Below, in pieces: positions 49,552 to 60,312 of a stretch of 64,000 nt of DNA. A model generated the notes under the pieces. The model did not search any database. It saw only the letters and a list, made by a program, of their open reading frames with translations, and was not told where the DNA came from. This stretch comes from an uncultured delta proteobacterium (GTDB lineage Bacteria > Desulfobacterota > BSN033 > UBA1163). Numbering within the stretch: position 1 is the stretch's first letter; every line of letters begins with the position of its first letter. The stretch spans positions 416,001 through 480,000 of the forward strand of contig CAWHBU010000004.1 of the NCBI GenBank assembly GCA_963827685.1. The letters are read 5' to 3'. Both the position numbers and the translations under genes were made by a program.

Positions 49552-50436
49552 ATGAGGCTACGTGGTCTTTTTTTCTTCCGAAGGTATCATCTTTTTGTTT
49601 TCATCATCCTCCTCTTGCTGTTTGCCCTCGTTCTGATGTCGTTGAGGGCGAAACAGAGGAAAGGGGTGGAATTTTTTGATGCCCTTCTGATGGAGATCTG
49701 CTCTCCTTTCCAAAAAGCTTCCACGTTTGTCATCAAGACCATTCAAGGATCCTTCCAGCAATATGTTTTTTTGGTCAACCTTGAAAAAGAGAACAGGATG
49801 CTCAGGCAAAAGATCGCTGAACTTCAAGAAGAGAACCATCAAATGAAGGAGATAACGCTGGCCAACGAGCGCCTGAAGCAACTTCTCCAATTTCGTGAAA
49901 AAAACTCCCCTTCGATGGTCGGGGCTGAAGTGATTGGTCAAGATCCTTCTTCGTGGTTCAAGAGCGTGACCATCGATAAAGGGGAAAGGGATGGAGTGAA
50001 AAAGGGGATGGCGGTGATTTCTCCGACAGGGGTCATCGGTCAGATCCTGAAAACCGCTCCCCATTATGCCACCGTTCTTCTCATGACCGATTACAACAGC
50101 GCCATTGATTCCATTGTCCAGAGAACCCGTGCGAAGGCCATTGTTGAAGGAAAAGGAGAAAACCGATGCCAGCTGAAATACCTTCTTCGAACTGAAGAGG
50201 TGGCTGTCGGGGATGCTGTCGTCACCTCAGGATTGGGTGGAAATTTTCCAAAAGGATTGATGGTGGGTGAGATCAAGAAGGTGGACAAGAAAGGTCACGG
50301 CGTATTTCAATATGCCGAATTGGCTCCCAGTGTGGACATGACACAGTTGGAGGAGGTCTTCGTCATCATGGAGCCTCCCCCGCCCTCGCCAGTCCAAGAA
50401 GAAAAGGCAAAGAAGGGGAAGAAGAGCAAAAAATGA
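49552..50436 (+). CDS. mreC: Rod shape-determining protein MreC
   Basis: TM plus coiled coil, IDKGERDGVKKGM, VTSGLGGNFPKG. Confidence 0.95.
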   Translation: MRLRGLFFFRRYHLFVFIILLLLFALVLMSLRAKQRKGVEFFDALLMEICSPFQKASTFVIKTIQGSFQQYVFLVNLEKENRMLRQKIAELQEENHQMKEITLANERLKQLLQFREKNSPSMVGAEVIGQDPSSWFKSVTIDKGERDGVKKGMAVISPTGVIGQILKTAPHYATVLLMTDYNSAIDSIVQRTRAKAIVEGKGENRCQLKYLLRTEEVAVGDAVVTSGLGGNFPKGLMVGEIKKVDKKGHGVFQYAELAPSVDMTQLEEVFVIMEPPPPSPVQEEKAKKGKKSKK

Positions 50437-50957
50437 GACGGGTTATTCTGCCTCTTTTGGCCGGAATTCTTTTGCTTATCGTTCAGACAACGTTGTTATC
50501 CTCCTTTCCTATTCAAAGGATCAGGCCGGACCTCCTCCTCATCTTTACCCTCTACCTGGCCTTCTTATTTCCGCCGATCTTCGGTGGGATCTTGGCCTTC
50601 TTCATGGGATATCTCATGGATCTGTTTTCTGGAAACACCTTAGGCCTTTACACCTTTTCCAGGCCCCTCGTCTTTTTAGCTGCCCAATTCTTCAAAGAAC
50701 GATTCTATCTGGAAGGGTTTTCCTTCCAATTTCTCTTCGCCTTCATCTTTGGTATGTTAGAGGGAATTCTCATCTTAATGCTGATGAATGGCCTTCAACC
50801 TATCCCTGTTGGAAACCCTTATTCCTTGTTTCTCACCTTCTTTCTTCCCCAAGCATTTTTTACGGGTCTCGTTACCCCTCTTCTCTTTTTGCTTTTTCAA
50901 AAGGGGGCATCGTTATTATTTCGTCTTCCCGCGAAGGGATTAAAAGAGAGAGTTTAG
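50433..50957 (+). CDS. mreD: Rod shape-determining protein MreD
   Basis: RPDLLL, GYLMDLFSG; position in operon. Confidence 0.9.
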   Translation: MRRVILPLLAGILLLIVQTTLLSSFPIQRIRPDLLLIFTLYLAFLFPPIFGGILAFFMGYLMDLFSGNTLGLYTFSRPLVFLAAQFFKERFYLEGFSFQFLFAFIFGMLEGILILMLMNGLQPIPVGNPYSLFLTFFLPQAFFTGLVTPLLFLLFQKGASLLFRLPAKGLKERV

Positions 50958-50960
50958 GTC

Positions 50961-52829
50961 ATGGTGGAACTAAACACCCAGAGGATGGAAGATTTCGAAG
51001 GTATTTATAGATACCTTATGGTCTTTGTCGGGCTGGCTTTTTTCTTGATTTCCATCCGCCTGTGGTCCCTTCAAGTGTTCAAAGGAAGTGACCTCCGGCG
51101 TTTGTCTGAGAATAATTGCATTCGACTCCTTGAAAGTCCTGCGGATCGAGGAATGTTGTTAGATCGAAAGGGGAATGTTTTGGCTCATAATCGTCCCTCC
51201 TTCGAAGTCTATCTTGTTCCTGAAGACGCCAAAGCCAGTCCAGGGGTCATGACCAAAGTTGGAGAGATATTGAACATGACTCCAGACGAGATGGAGGAGA
51301 AAATCAAAGCCCAAAAACGACGGGCACCTTTCAGACCGGTGAAGATTAAATCGGATATCGATTGGAATGAACTGGCGCTCCTCGAATCGAACCGGGTTTT
51401 TCTCCCAGGACTCATCGTGGATGTCAGACCCCGGAGAGCCTATGACTATGGGGACCTGGCTTCTCATCTCATCGGTTATCTTGGAGAGGTTGATGAGAAT
51501 GAATTGAGACAATCCAGGGAGGCTCCCTATCGAATGGGCGCCCTGATTGGAAAATATGGGGTCGAATACCGGTGGGAAGATGATCTTAGGGGAGTGGATG
51601 GAGGTCGGCAGATTGAAGTCGATGCGTTGGGAAGGGAGATCAGACCCCTGGGGGAGGTGGAACCTTTTCCCGGGAACAACCTCTTTCTCACCATCGATTC
51701 AGACCTCCAGAAAACGGCTGAGGAAGCCTTTAAGGATAAGAATGGAGCTCTTATTGCCATGGACCCCGAAACGGGGCGTATCTTAGCCATGGTGAGCAAG
51801 CCTTCTTTTGAACCCTTTACTAGAAACATTTCGCCAGAAGAATGGAAATCTCTTGTGGAGAACCCTTATCACCCCCTCACCAACAAGGGAATTCAGGGGC
51901 AATACCCTGCGGGGTCGGTCTTCAAGATCGTCACTGCCATAGCGGGTCTGGAATCGGGAGTGATCACACCGAACACGCAGCTTCTCTGCGAGGGAACCTT
52001 CCATTATGGAGACCGGGATTTTCGATGCTGGAAGCAAGGGGGGCACGGAATGATCAACCTCCATCGGGCTATCGCTGAATCCTGTGATATCTATTTCTAT
52101 CAACTCGGTTTGAAATTGGGACCTGATCTCATCGCTCGTTATGCTCATGAGTTTGGTTTAGGAAAGGCGACAGGCATCTACCTCCCTCATGAGAAGTCAG
52201 GAATCGTTCCCTCCAGTTCCTGGAAAAAGAAACGTCTCGGAGTTCCATGGTATAGCGGCGAAACCCTTTCTTTTGCAGTAGGTCAGGGATATCTGTCAGC
52301 GACCCCTCTTCAGCTCTTGATGCTCATTTCAGGCGTTGCCAACGGAGGGAAGCTCTACCTGCCTCAAGTCGTGGAAAAGGTAGAAAATATCTATGGGGAA
52401 ACATTAAAAGAGTATCCACCTGTGGAACTAGGAAGAGCGAACGTTTCAGGGAAGACCCTTCAAATCATCCAGGACGCGCTTAAGGCAGCAGTGAACGATC
52501 CCCATGGGACAGGTTCGGCTTGTTTGTTGAAAGATGTCAAGGTGGCGGGGAAAACGGGTACGGCCCAAGTCGTCACACTGCCAGAGGACTTTAAAAGGGG
52601 AGAGATGAATCGAATCCCTCTAAAACTCCGGGATCATGCCTGGTTTGTGGCCTATGCCCCATTTGAAGACCCCAAAATATCGGTTGTTGTCCTCGTTGAG
52701 CACGGAGGATTTGGGGCTACGGCGGCTGCCCCCATTGCCAAGAAGGTCATCGGAAAATATCTCAACCTTGAACCTTCACCTCCCTTGAAGATGGAAGAAA
52801 AGGAAAACGATTTGAATTATGCAGATTGA
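50961..52829 (+). CDS. mrdA: Penicillin-binding protein 2
   Basis: GSVFK (SxxK), SCD, KTGT. Confidence 0.96.
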   Translation: MVELNTQRMEDFEGIYRYLMVFVGLAFFLISIRLWSLQVFKGSDLRRLSENNCIRLLESPADRGMLLDRKGNVLAHNRPSFEVYLVPEDAKASPGVMTKVGEILNMTPDEMEEKIKAQKRRAPFRPVKIKSDIDWNELALLESNRVFLPGLIVDVRPRRAYDYGDLASHLIGYLGEVDENELRQSREAPYRMGALIGKYGVEYRWEDDLRGVDGGRQIEVDALGREIRPLGEVEPFPGNNLFLTIDSDLQKTAEEAFKDKNGALIAMDPETGRILAMVSKPSFEPFTRNISPEEWKSLVENPYHPLTNKGIQGQYPAGSVFKIVTAIAGLESGVITPNTQLLCEGTFHYGDRDFRCWKQGGHGMINLHRAIAESCDIYFYQLGLKLGPDLIARYAHEFGLGKATGIYLPHEKSGIVPSSSWKKKRLGVPWYSGETLSFAVGQGYLSATPLQLLMLISGVANGGKLYLPQVVEKVENIYGETLKEYPPVELGRANVSGKTLQIIQDALKAAVNDPHGTGSACLLKDVKVAGKTGTAQVVTLPEDFKRGEMNRIPLKLRDHAWFVAYAPFEDPKISVVVLVEHGGFGATAAAPIAKKVIGKYLNLEPSPPLKMEEKENDLNYAD

Positions 52830-53919
52830 CCGACGCCTCTTCATCCATTTCGATTGGACTTTATTGGGGATTGTTCTCGTCATCGCCTCGATTGGAATTC
52901 TCAACCTCTACAGCGCCACAGCGAAGATGGAGATGTCCGGAACCCCGCTCTATCTCAAACAAATATTTTGGCTGCTGATTGGACTAACGGTGATGGTGAT
53001 CGTCGCCTTTGCCGAATACCGTTTTTATTCGGATTTTGCTTATATCGTTTATTCTGTTGCCTTATTTCTTTTAATCGTCGTATTGGTTTATGGCATTATT
53101 ACCTCAGGTGCCCAACGATGGGTTAAAATCGGATTCCTTTCCGTTCAGCCTTCGGAGTTTGTCAAGATCGCACTCATCTTAGCGCTGGCAAAGTTTTTCC
53201 ATCGTCCTCCGGATCGAAAGGGGTATGCGTTGAAGCAACTTGCTCTACCGTTTCTCCTTCTTCTGCTGCCGATGGCTATGATCCTGAAACAACCTGACCT
53301 GGGGACGGCCATTATCCTTCTCTTAGTTTTTTTCTCAATTCTGATCTTTGTTAAGATTCGATGGTCTTCCTTGCTGATCATTGGTTTGTCTGGAGCTGCT
53401 GGTGTGCCGCTTCTTTGGAAACTTCTTAAAGAATATCAGAGATTGCGAATCAAGACCTTCTTTAACCCAGACCTGGACCCCCTGGGTGCGGGATATCATA
53501 TCATTCAATCGAAGATTGCGGTAGGCTCAGGGGGACTTATTGGAAAAGGTTTTATGAAAGGAACTCAATCCAAGTTGGGCTTTCTGCCTGAACAACAGAC
53601 GGACTTCATCTTCTCAGCCCTCGGAGAGGAGTGGGGCTTGATCGGCTCTCTCTTTGTCGTAGGGCTCTATATGGCATTAATCCTGTGGGGGATCCGCATC
53701 GCCGTCCAAGCCAAAGACCGCTTTAGTGCCATCCTTGCTTTTGGTGTGGTGGCGATGCTCTTCTGGCATGTCTTCATCAACATTGGAATGGTGCTGGGAA
53801 TGATGCCGGTGGTAGGAATTCCTCTTCCCCTGCTCAGTTATGGCGGGTCCTTTATCATCTCCACTCTGATTGGAGTTGGTCTTCTCCTGAATGTGAGCAT
53901 GAGAAGGTATCTCTTTTAA
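52819..53919 (+). CDS. rodA: Peptidoglycan glycosyltransferase RodA
   Basis: QPSEF, QPDLGT, GYHIIQS, LPEQQTDFIF, LSYGGS. Confidence 0.96.
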   Translation: MQIDRRLFIHFDWTLLGIVLVIASIGILNLYSATAKMEMSGTPLYLKQIFWLLIGLTVMVIVAFAEYRFYSDFAYIVYSVALFLLIVVLVYGIITSGAQRWVKIGFLSVQPSEFVKIALILALAKFFHRPPDRKGYALKQLALPFLLLLLPMAMILKQPDLGTAIILLLVFFSILIFVKIRWSSLLIIGLSGAAGVPLLWKLLKEYQRLRIKTFFNPDLDPLGAGYHIIQSKIAVGSGGLIGKGFMKGTQSKLGFLPEQQTDFIFSALGEEWGLIGSLFVVGLYMALILWGIRIAVQAKDRFSAILAFGVVAMLFWHVFINIGMVLGMMPVVGIPLPLLSYGGSFIISTLIGVGLLLNVSMRRYLF

Positions 53920-53920
53920 A

Positions 53921-53996
53921 AGTTCGGAGTTCGGAGTTTTGAGTTCGGAGATTCTAAACAAAAAACTCCTAACTCCGAACTAATCACTACGAACTT
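53921..53996. repeat. Heptamer (AGTTCGG) inverted repeat between convergent rodA and ssb; possible bidirectional terminator
   Basis: AGTTCGGAGTTCGGAGTTTTGAGTTCGGAG...CTCCTAACTCCGAACT...ACGAACT. Confidence 0.7.
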
Positions 53997-54419
53997 CTAA
54001 AAGGGGACGTCGTCGTCCGGTCCGGGGACCCCTTCTTGGTCAATCTCCATTTCTTTCTCAGAGGCGGGTGATTCCACGGATGCTCCCGGTGTTCCTAACA
54101 TCTGCATCTGAGTGGCGACAATTTCGGTGGTATACCTACGGTTTCCGTCCTTGCCTTCCCAAGAGCGGGTTCGAATTCGGCCTTCGATGTAGACCTGTTT
54201 TCCTTTATTCAGATATTCTCCACAAATCTCAGCCAATCGTCCGAAAGCCACAATCCGGTGCCATTCCGTGATCGTCGTTTTTTCTCCGGAAGATCGATTG
54301 ACTCGATTTTCACTCGTGGCCATGCGGAAATTTGCCACCGTTGTGCCATTGCTGAGATACTTCACCTCAGGATTTGCACCCAGATTACCGATGAGGATGA
54401 CCTTGTTGACTCCCGCCAT
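53997..54419 (-). CDS. ssb: Single-stranded DNA-binding protein
   Basis: [22 protein letters not shown] tail. Confidence 0.97.
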   Translation of the reverse strand: MAGVNKVILIGNLGANPEVKYLSNGTTVANFRMATSENRVNRSSGEKTTITEWHRIVAFGRLAEICGEYLNKGKQVYIEGRIRTRSWEGKDGNRRYTTEIVATQMQMLGTPGASVESPASEKEMEIDQEGVPGPDDDVPF

Positions 54420-54681
54420 AAAACCCTCCTGTTCGTGCCCGGAAAAGGCAGAAACGATCGTTGCTTGCGATTTCTTAGATTCCCCCGTGTATGCATCTGA
54501 GCATTTTCTTCTAACATTTAGAAAGAGCCCTCCGAAAACCTCTCCTCACCTGGTGGGAGGGAATAGGTCAAGGGAATTTCAAATATCTTTGATTCGTGTT
54601 TGAAGTTAAACAAATCGTATCCAAGATCGATGTGTCACCTTATCATTTCTAAGAACTCTTTTCAAGTCGAAAAGACCCGAC

Positions 54682-56073
54682 GTAAGCATCTCTTTTCCTG
54701 TGATGAGATCATGCGGCGTATCGTGCTACCTCTCTTCGTCGTTGCGCCCAATAAGTCCCCCATTCCCCGTTAAGCTTCAAGAGTCTCAATTTCAGAAGAG
54801 GGTTAGCGCCACCCCGATGCCAATTCATCCCTCGTTTCTTAAACCTCCGGGCGACCGTGATATCCACGGTCTTCTCCACAGGCCCTGACCCATAGCCCTT
54901 GACCTTCGGTATGTTTCCAATCCAATCCAAGTTATTCCTCACATAAGTCATCGCTTCCAAGATCTTCTTCCTCCGCTCAATCTCCCCAACCCTCGCTCCC
55001 TCTCCCATAAGCCGCTGAATAATCTCTGAACCCTTCCCTTCGAAAGCGAATCCTTTGAGCTCTTCAATGACCCTCTGGTTCTCCTCTCCTAGAGCCCACC
55101 TCAGCTCCTTCTCTAAATGCCAGATATCTAAGACCCCGATCGCCTCCGGAAAGTAACCCTCCTTCAACGTCCGGATCCAATTGGCCCCATCCCCAATAAA
55201 AATAACCTCCTTGGCCTTCAGAACCCCCTGCCTCACACATTCTAGGAAAAACTTTTCTCCAAACGCCTCAATCCCTTCAATCGATGCATAGCTCTTCTTG
55301 TCCCTCAGCCAAAACCGATCCTTCGACACCTTCATCCGTTCACTAAAACTTGCTCCTACCTTGCATTCCATCCACTCCCCAGCCCCCCGCCCATTGACCG
55401 CTGTCCCATCCACCTGAACATAAAGCACCTCCGGGACTCTCTCCGACCCTCCGCCCTCCACCCCTCGCCCCTCCTCAAACACCTCCCGGCGCCTCTGCTC
55501 CTCCCATCGGCCAATCCTATCCCCTTCCTCTAACGCCATCCCGTGAATCTTCTTCCGACTAACCTCTAACCCCGTAAACTTCTCTAAAAACTCATGCGCC
55601 TTCTCATAACTGACCTCCACCGCTGCCCATAAACTCCTCTCCCTCACCCCTAACGTAACACTCTCCCCTGACTCTAACCCAATCGCCTCATCCAAAGGGT
55701 AGATCTCTTGCCCACACCTCGGACAACGCAATCGAACCCGGTCCAACTCCACCACTCCTAACAACGTCTTAATCCTTCTCAACGCCTGCCCATTCCTCAC
55801 CATCTCCAACCCACATCCCTCACACTCCCTCGAATCCCTCAAAACTTCTCCTTCGATCTCCTCCAACACCCTCTTCAATACCCCTAAAAAAACCTCCTCC
55901 CGAATCCTCAACAACTCCTCCTCCACCCAATGGACATCCCTCTGCCTCAATGTTATACTCACGTCGAAGGATACTCTTATTTCCTTCATGGCTCACCTCC
56001 TGTGTGTGTTGCTCTCACAATCACACTACCAGGTGAGCCTTTTTTATTCCATCACAGTTTTGGAGATGCTTCC
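54682..56073 (-). mobile_element. Complete insertion sequence (ISLre2/ISKra4-like, UPF0236 DDE)
   Basis: Imperfect IRs GTAAGCATCTCttttcCTGTGATG and GGAAGCATCTCcaaaaCTGTGATG; flanks AGACCCGAC and AGACCGAC look like a target duplication. Confidence 0.85.
54709..55989 (-). CDS. DDE transposase (UPF0236/ISLre2/ISKra4-like)
   Basis: CxxC...CxxC, QVDGT, IGDGANWI, LDIWH, GSGPVEK...RRFKKRGMNW. Confidence 0.9.
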   Translation of the reverse strand: MKEIRVSFDVSITLRQRDVHWVEEELLRIREEVFLGVLKRVLEEIEGEVLRDSRECEGCGLEMVRNGQALRRIKTLLGVVELDRVRLRCPRCGQEIYPLDEAIGLESGESVTLGVRERSLWAAVEVSYEKAHEFLEKFTGLEVSRKKIHGMALEEGDRIGRWEEQRRREVFEEGRGVEGGGSERVPEVLYVQVDGTAVNGRGAGEWMECKVGASFSERMKVSKDRFWLRDKKSYASIEGIEAFGEKFFLECVRQGVLKAKEVIFIGDGANWIRTLKEGYFPEAIGVLDIWHLEKELRWALGEENQRVIEELKGFAFEGKGSEIIQRLMGEGARVGEIERRKKILEAMTYVRNNLDWIGNIPKVKGYGSGPVEKTVDITVARRFKKRGMNWHRGGANPLLKLRLLKLNGEWGTYWAQRRREVARYAA

Positions 56074-56093
56074 AGACCGACCACGGGAAGATA

Positions 56094-56255
56094 TTGACCC
56101 TTCGATTGCCTGCATAGTATATTATTAAAAATATGGTAAAAAGCTCACTCAGGGTCAACCCTGAGCCTTTGTCTAAGCCCTGGGCGTAAGCTTATTCATA
56201 AGCCTATGCCAAAGGCGGGTTCAAACCTTTTGCCTGGAGAGGCCGAAGGGTTGAC
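56094..56255. repeat. CCCTTCGA/CTCAGGG...CCCTGAGC/CGAAGGG REP-like element with internal inserts
   Basis: TGACCCTTCGA...CTCAGGGTCAACCCTGAGC...GCCGAAGGGTTGA. Confidence 0.5.
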
Positions 56256-56302
56256 GGGGGTAGAAATATATTTTAGTCTTTTCTTACTCCTTTCATTTGG
56301 AG

Positions 56303-56872
56303 ATGGGGATGAGAAGAAAAATCGTTCTTCTAATGTTGATCATGATGGAAATGGCTATCTTGCTCAGTCCTTTCCCTCAGGTTGGAAGGGCTGCCATATC
56401 CTCCCAACCGAAATGTCCTTCCTGTGAATCTTTCGGTGTTCAAAGATTTCAGGAAAGAAAAGAAGCCCCCGCTTTTTCCCTCAACAGTTTGGATGGGAAA
56501 AAAATCAGCCTCAGCGACTTCAAAGGAAAACCGGTTCTCATCACCTTCTGGGCGACTTGGTGTGATTCCTGCAAAGAGGACATCCCTTTGTTGGAAAAAC
56601 TCTCCGCCGGGGAAAAGGATCAATTGACGATCCTTTTGATTACCATTGATGGGGAAAGAAAGAAAGCCGCTCAAAAGATCGCGGACCAAAATAAGATTAC
56701 CGTTCCTGTCCTTTTGCTCTTGAAGGAAAGGGTGATGGACCAATACGGAGTCAGGGGCTGGATTCCTCTGACTTTCCTCATCGATCAACAAGGGATGTTG
56801 GTGGGGAAGGTTGTGGGACAAAGGGATTGGTGCTCACCGGAAGCCTGGTCTTGCCTGAAAGAGACTCTTTGA
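56303..56872 (+). CDS. TlpA-family disulfide reductase
   Basis: APAFSL, FWATWCDSC, IPLTFLID. Confidence 0.9.
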   Translation: MGMRRKIVLLMLIMMEMAILLSPFPQVGRAAISSQPKCPSCESFGVQRFQERKEAPAFSLNSLDGKKISLSDFKGKPVLITFWATWCDSCKEDIPLLEKLSAGEKDQLTILLITIDGERKKAAQKIADQNKITVPVLLLLKERVMDQYGVRGWIPLTFLIDQQGMLVGKVVGQRDWCSPEAWSCLKETL

Positions 56873-56917
56873 ACTTCGTTGACAAATTCCGTTATTTTCG
56901 TATAATAATACCTGATT

Positions 56918-59281
56918 TTGAATTTGGAACTGGAGTTTTTTGTGAGATATCTCTACAAGTCAGAAAGCGTTTCCATCCCGCAAAGACTTCTCTTCATCCC
57001 CCTGAAAGAGACGATCATCTTTCCTTACGTCATCGCCCCTCTTTTTCTTCAATCGGATGAAGCCTTAGCCATATTCAATAAGGTCCTCCTGGACAATAGT
57101 CTCATCGGATGTGTCGGTCTGCGTGACCCCTATCTGAAAGATCCCCAACCCAAGGATCTCCTGTCCGTTGGGACGGTCTGTAAAATTCTCCAATTGGTTA
57201 AGTTGCCCAATAAAGGGATGAAGATTCTTGTGGAAGGGCTTTCGAGAGTCTTTCTCCAAGACATTACCCGGGAGCCTCCTTATTTCAAGGCAGATGTCTG
57301 TGAGATCAATGAGCATCAAGAAAGGACGGTTCTTTCTGAAACCCTTATTCAGAGCATCGGGACCCTTTTCAAAATTTCACTCTCCATGGGGAAACCCCTT
57401 CCCGAGGAGATATCGAAGACCCTCGATAAAATTGACCAGCCGGGCAGACTCGCTGACCTGATCGCCATTACCCTCCATTTGGGATTGAAGGAACAGCAAG
57501 AAATCTTTGAGACCATCGATCCCCTGGAACGATTGAAAAAAGTCTTCCGTCACTTCAGTCGAGAGATCCAATCCTCCCCGGCCAGGCCTCAGTCCCTGCT
57601 CCACCCTGGAAAAGAGGGGGGAAAATTTCAGAAAGATCATTCCCTTCGTCCTCCCATTAGAGGGCAGAGGGAACCGCCTGAAGAGGATCCCTATCTGGCT
57701 GAGATCCACGAGCTTAGGGAGAAAGTCCAAAACGCCGCGATGCCGCAAAAGGTTGAAGAGATCGCTTATAAAGAGATCAACCGACTGGAACGGATGAACC
57801 CCATCTCTGCAGAATATACCGTTTCCAGAACGTATCTCGACTACCTCATCACGATACCATGGAATAAGAAGACCGTGGACAACCTGGACCTCAGCCGGGC
57901 TCAGGCCATCCTGAACGAAGACCATTATGACCTTGAAAAAGTGAAGGAACGGATCTTGGAGTTCTTAGCCGTTAAAAAATTGAAGGAACCCATGAAGGGT
58001 CCCATCCTCTGTTTTGTCGGTCCCCCTGGTGTCGGCAAGACATCCCTGGGACGCTCCATCGCCCGCGCTTTGGAGAGGAAATTTATTCGGATCTCCCTGG
58101 GAGGGGTAAGGGATGAAGCAGAGGTGCGGGGACACCGTCGAACTTACGTGGGAGCCCTTCCAGGCCGGATCATTCAAGAGATCCGGAGGGCGGAAACGTC
58201 CAATCCAGTTTTTATGCTCGATGAGGTGGATAAGATCGGTCAGGATGTCCGGGGCGATCCAGCCGCAGCCCTTCTCGAAACCCTCGATTCGGAGCAGAAT
58301 TTTTCATTTACCGATCATTACTTAGATGTCCCGTTTGATCTCTCCCACGCCCTGTTCATCACGACGGCCAATACCCTGTCACCGATTCCTCCTGCTTTAT
58401 TGGATCGAATGGAAGTCATCCATCTGGCAGGATATACTGAGGAAGAGAAGGAGAAGATTGCCTTTCAATTTCTGATTCCCCGCCAGAAGGAAGAGAACGG
58501 GTTGAGAGACACGCCGCTCTCTTTCACTCCGGAAGCGGTTTCCAAAATCATTCGAGAATATACCCGGGAAGCAGGGGTTCGAAATTTAGAAAGAGAGATT
58601 GCTACCCTCTGTCGCAAAGTGGCCAAGGAAGTGGCCATGGGAAATACTCCGAAAGAGATCATCGATGAGGCAGCCGTTGAGGAGCTTCTGGGGCCACGAG
58701 CGTTCTTCCGCGAAGTCGCTCAAGAGAGAGACCGCATCGGCGTGGCCACCGGACTGGCCTGGACGGAGAATGGAGGGGACATCATCTTTATCGAGACGTC
58801 TAAGATGAAAGGGGAGAAGGGACTCATCTTGACGGGATCCCTGGGAGAGGTGATGAAGGAATCTGCTCAGGCAGCCCTCTCTTATATTCGAACGAATGCC
58901 CCCTCCCTCCATGTCCCTGAGAATTTTTATCAGGAGTGCGATATCCACATCCATATCCCGGCTGGGGCAACTCCCAAAGACGGACCTTCTGCCGGAATCA
59001 CCATTGCCACGGCCGTTCTGTCTCTTTTAAGAGAAAAGCCCGTTCCCCGTGAGACGGCGATGACCGGTGAGCTGACCTTGAGTGGAAGAGTGCTTCCGGT
59101 GGGGGGGATTAAGGAAAAGATCCTGGCTGCCCGCCGAGCTGGCGTGAAGACCGTGATCCTGCCCAAACAGAACGAAAAGAATCTTGATGATATTCCAGAC
59201 TATATCAAAAAGGAAATGCACTTCATCTTCGTCGAACACATCCAGGAGGTATTGGATTTGATCCTACCCTCATCGGGGTAA
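56918..59281 (+). CDS. lon: ATP-dependent Lon protease
   Basis: [28 protein letters not shown]; start uncertain. Confidence 0.95.
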   Translation: MNLELEFFVRYLYKSESVSIPQRLLFIPLKETIIFPYVIAPLFLQSDEALAIFNKVLLDNSLIGCVGLRDPYLKDPQPKDLLSVGTVCKILQLVKLPNKGMKILVEGLSRVFLQDITREPPYFKADVCEINEHQERTVLSETLIQSIGTLFKISLSMGKPLPEEISKTLDKIDQPGRLADLIAITLHLGLKEQQEIFETIDPLERLKKVFRHFSREIQSSPARPQSLLHPGKEGGKFQKDHSLRPPIRGQREPPEEDPYLAEIHELREKVQNAAMPQKVEEIAYKEINRLERMNPISAEYTVSRTYLDYLITIPWNKKTVDNLDLSRAQAILNEDHYDLEKVKERILEFLAVKKLKEPMKGPILCFVGPPGVGKTSLGRSIARALERKFIRISLGGVRDEAEVRGHRRTYVGALPGRIIQEIRRAETSNPVFMLDEVDKIGQDVRGDPAAALLETLDSEQNFSFTDHYLDVPFDLSHALFITTANTLSPIPPALLDRMEVIHLAGYTEEEKEKIAFQFLIPRQKEENGLRDTPLSFTPEAVSKIIREYTREAGVRNLEREIATLCRKVAKEVAMGNTPKEIIDEAAVEELLGPRAFFREVAQERDRIGVATGLAWTENGGDIIFIETSKMKGEKGLILTGSLGEVMKESAQAALSYIRTNAPSLHVPENFYQECDIHIHIPAGATPKDGPSAGITIATAVLSLLREKPVPRETAMTGELTLSGRVLPVGGIKEKILAARRAGVKTVILPKQNEKNLDDIPDYIKKEMHFIFVEHIQEVLDLILPSSG

Positions 59282-59283
59282 AT

Positions 59284-59375
59284 AGTTCGGAGTGATGAGT
59301 TCGCCTGCCTGCCGGCAGGCAGGGAGTTCGGAGACGAAGAAATGCTCCGAGCAAAAGACTCCCAACTCATAACGC
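59284..59375. repeat. AGTTCGG heptamer repeat containing a 20-bp perfect palindrome
   Basis: GAGTTCG[CCTGCCTGCCGGCAGGCAGG 59304-59323]GAGTTCGG. Confidence 0.75.
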
Positions 59376-59394
59376 TGCAAGTCTGCAGAGGAGA

Positions 59395-60306
59395 ATGGCA
59401 CCCTTCAAATCTGGTTTCATCTCCATCCTGGGAAGGCCGAATGTTGGGAAGTCGACCCTTTTCAATCGTCTCCTCGGTGATAAAATTGCCATCGTCGCTG
59501 AAAAACCTCAGACCACACGAAACCGAATTCTTGGCATCAAGAATGTTGAAGGAGGTCAGCTTATCTTCCTCGATACCCCGGGGATTCACCCAGGACGATC
59601 TGAACTGAACCAACGGATGGTCCGAACAGCCATTGCCTCGGGTCGGGATGCAGAGGTCGTCCTCTTTCTCATCGAGGCGACCGCTCCACGCGTCGAAAAA
59701 GACCGGGAGATGATAGAACCCCTCAGGGAGAGCAGGGGCGTCCCCTTTCTGGTCATCAACAAAATTGATTTGGTGAAAAGAAAACACCTCCTTCCCATCA
59801 TGGATCAATATCAAACCCTTCATCCCTTCAGAGAGATACTTCCTGTCTCGGCCATGACGGGAGAAGGGATCGATATTCTGTTAGATGAAATCCTGAAAGT
59901 CCTTCCGGAATCCTTGCCCTATTATCCGGAAGACATGGTCACTGACCAGACCGAACGCTTTTGGGTTTCCGAAATCATTCGAGAGAAGGTGATCCGCCAA
60001 TCCTATCAAGAGATTCCTTATTCAACGGCTGTCACCATCGAGGCGTTCAAAGAACATTCTGAAAAAAATCTCATGGTCATTCAAGGAACGATCCATGTCG
60101 AAAGAGAATCTCAAAAAAAGATTCTCATCGGAAAAGGCGGGCAGAGATTGAGAAAGATTGGAGAGGCTGCCCGGAAAGAAGTGGAGGCCCTCTTGGGGAC
60201 AAGGGTCTTTTTAGAGTTGTGGGTGAGTGTGGAAAGAAATTGGACCCAAGACCCCCGTGCCTTGAATCGGCTGGGTTATCCATCGAGCTTAAACCATTCA
60301 CCTTGA
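59395..60306 (+). CDS. era: GTPase Era
   Basis: GRPNVGKST, QTTR, DTPG, NKID, KH domain IGKGG. Confidence 0.97.
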   Translation: MAPFKSGFISILGRPNVGKSTLFNRLLGDKIAIVAEKPQTTRNRILGIKNVEGGQLIFLDTPGIHPGRSELNQRMVRTAIASGRDAEVVLFLIEATAPRVEKDREMIEPLRESRGVPFLVINKIDLVKRKHLLPIMDQYQTLHPFREILPVSAMTGEGIDILLDEILKVLPESLPYYPEDMVTDQTERFWVSEIIREKVIRQSYQEIPYSTAVTIEAFKEHSEKNLMVIQGTIHVERESQKKILIGKGGQRLRKIGEAARKEVEALLGTRVFLELWVSVERNWTQDPRALNRLGYPSSLNHSP

Positions 60307-60312
60307 GGGGGG

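Noticed and set aside
53921-53996. Possible CRISPR array
   Set aside because: 7-bp tandem units in inverted arrangement, no unique spacers, no cas genes.
56860-56885. TGA at the end of the second TlpA as selenocysteine
   Set aside because: Not at a Cys-equivalent position, another stop follows soon after, and the CxxC motif is already complete.
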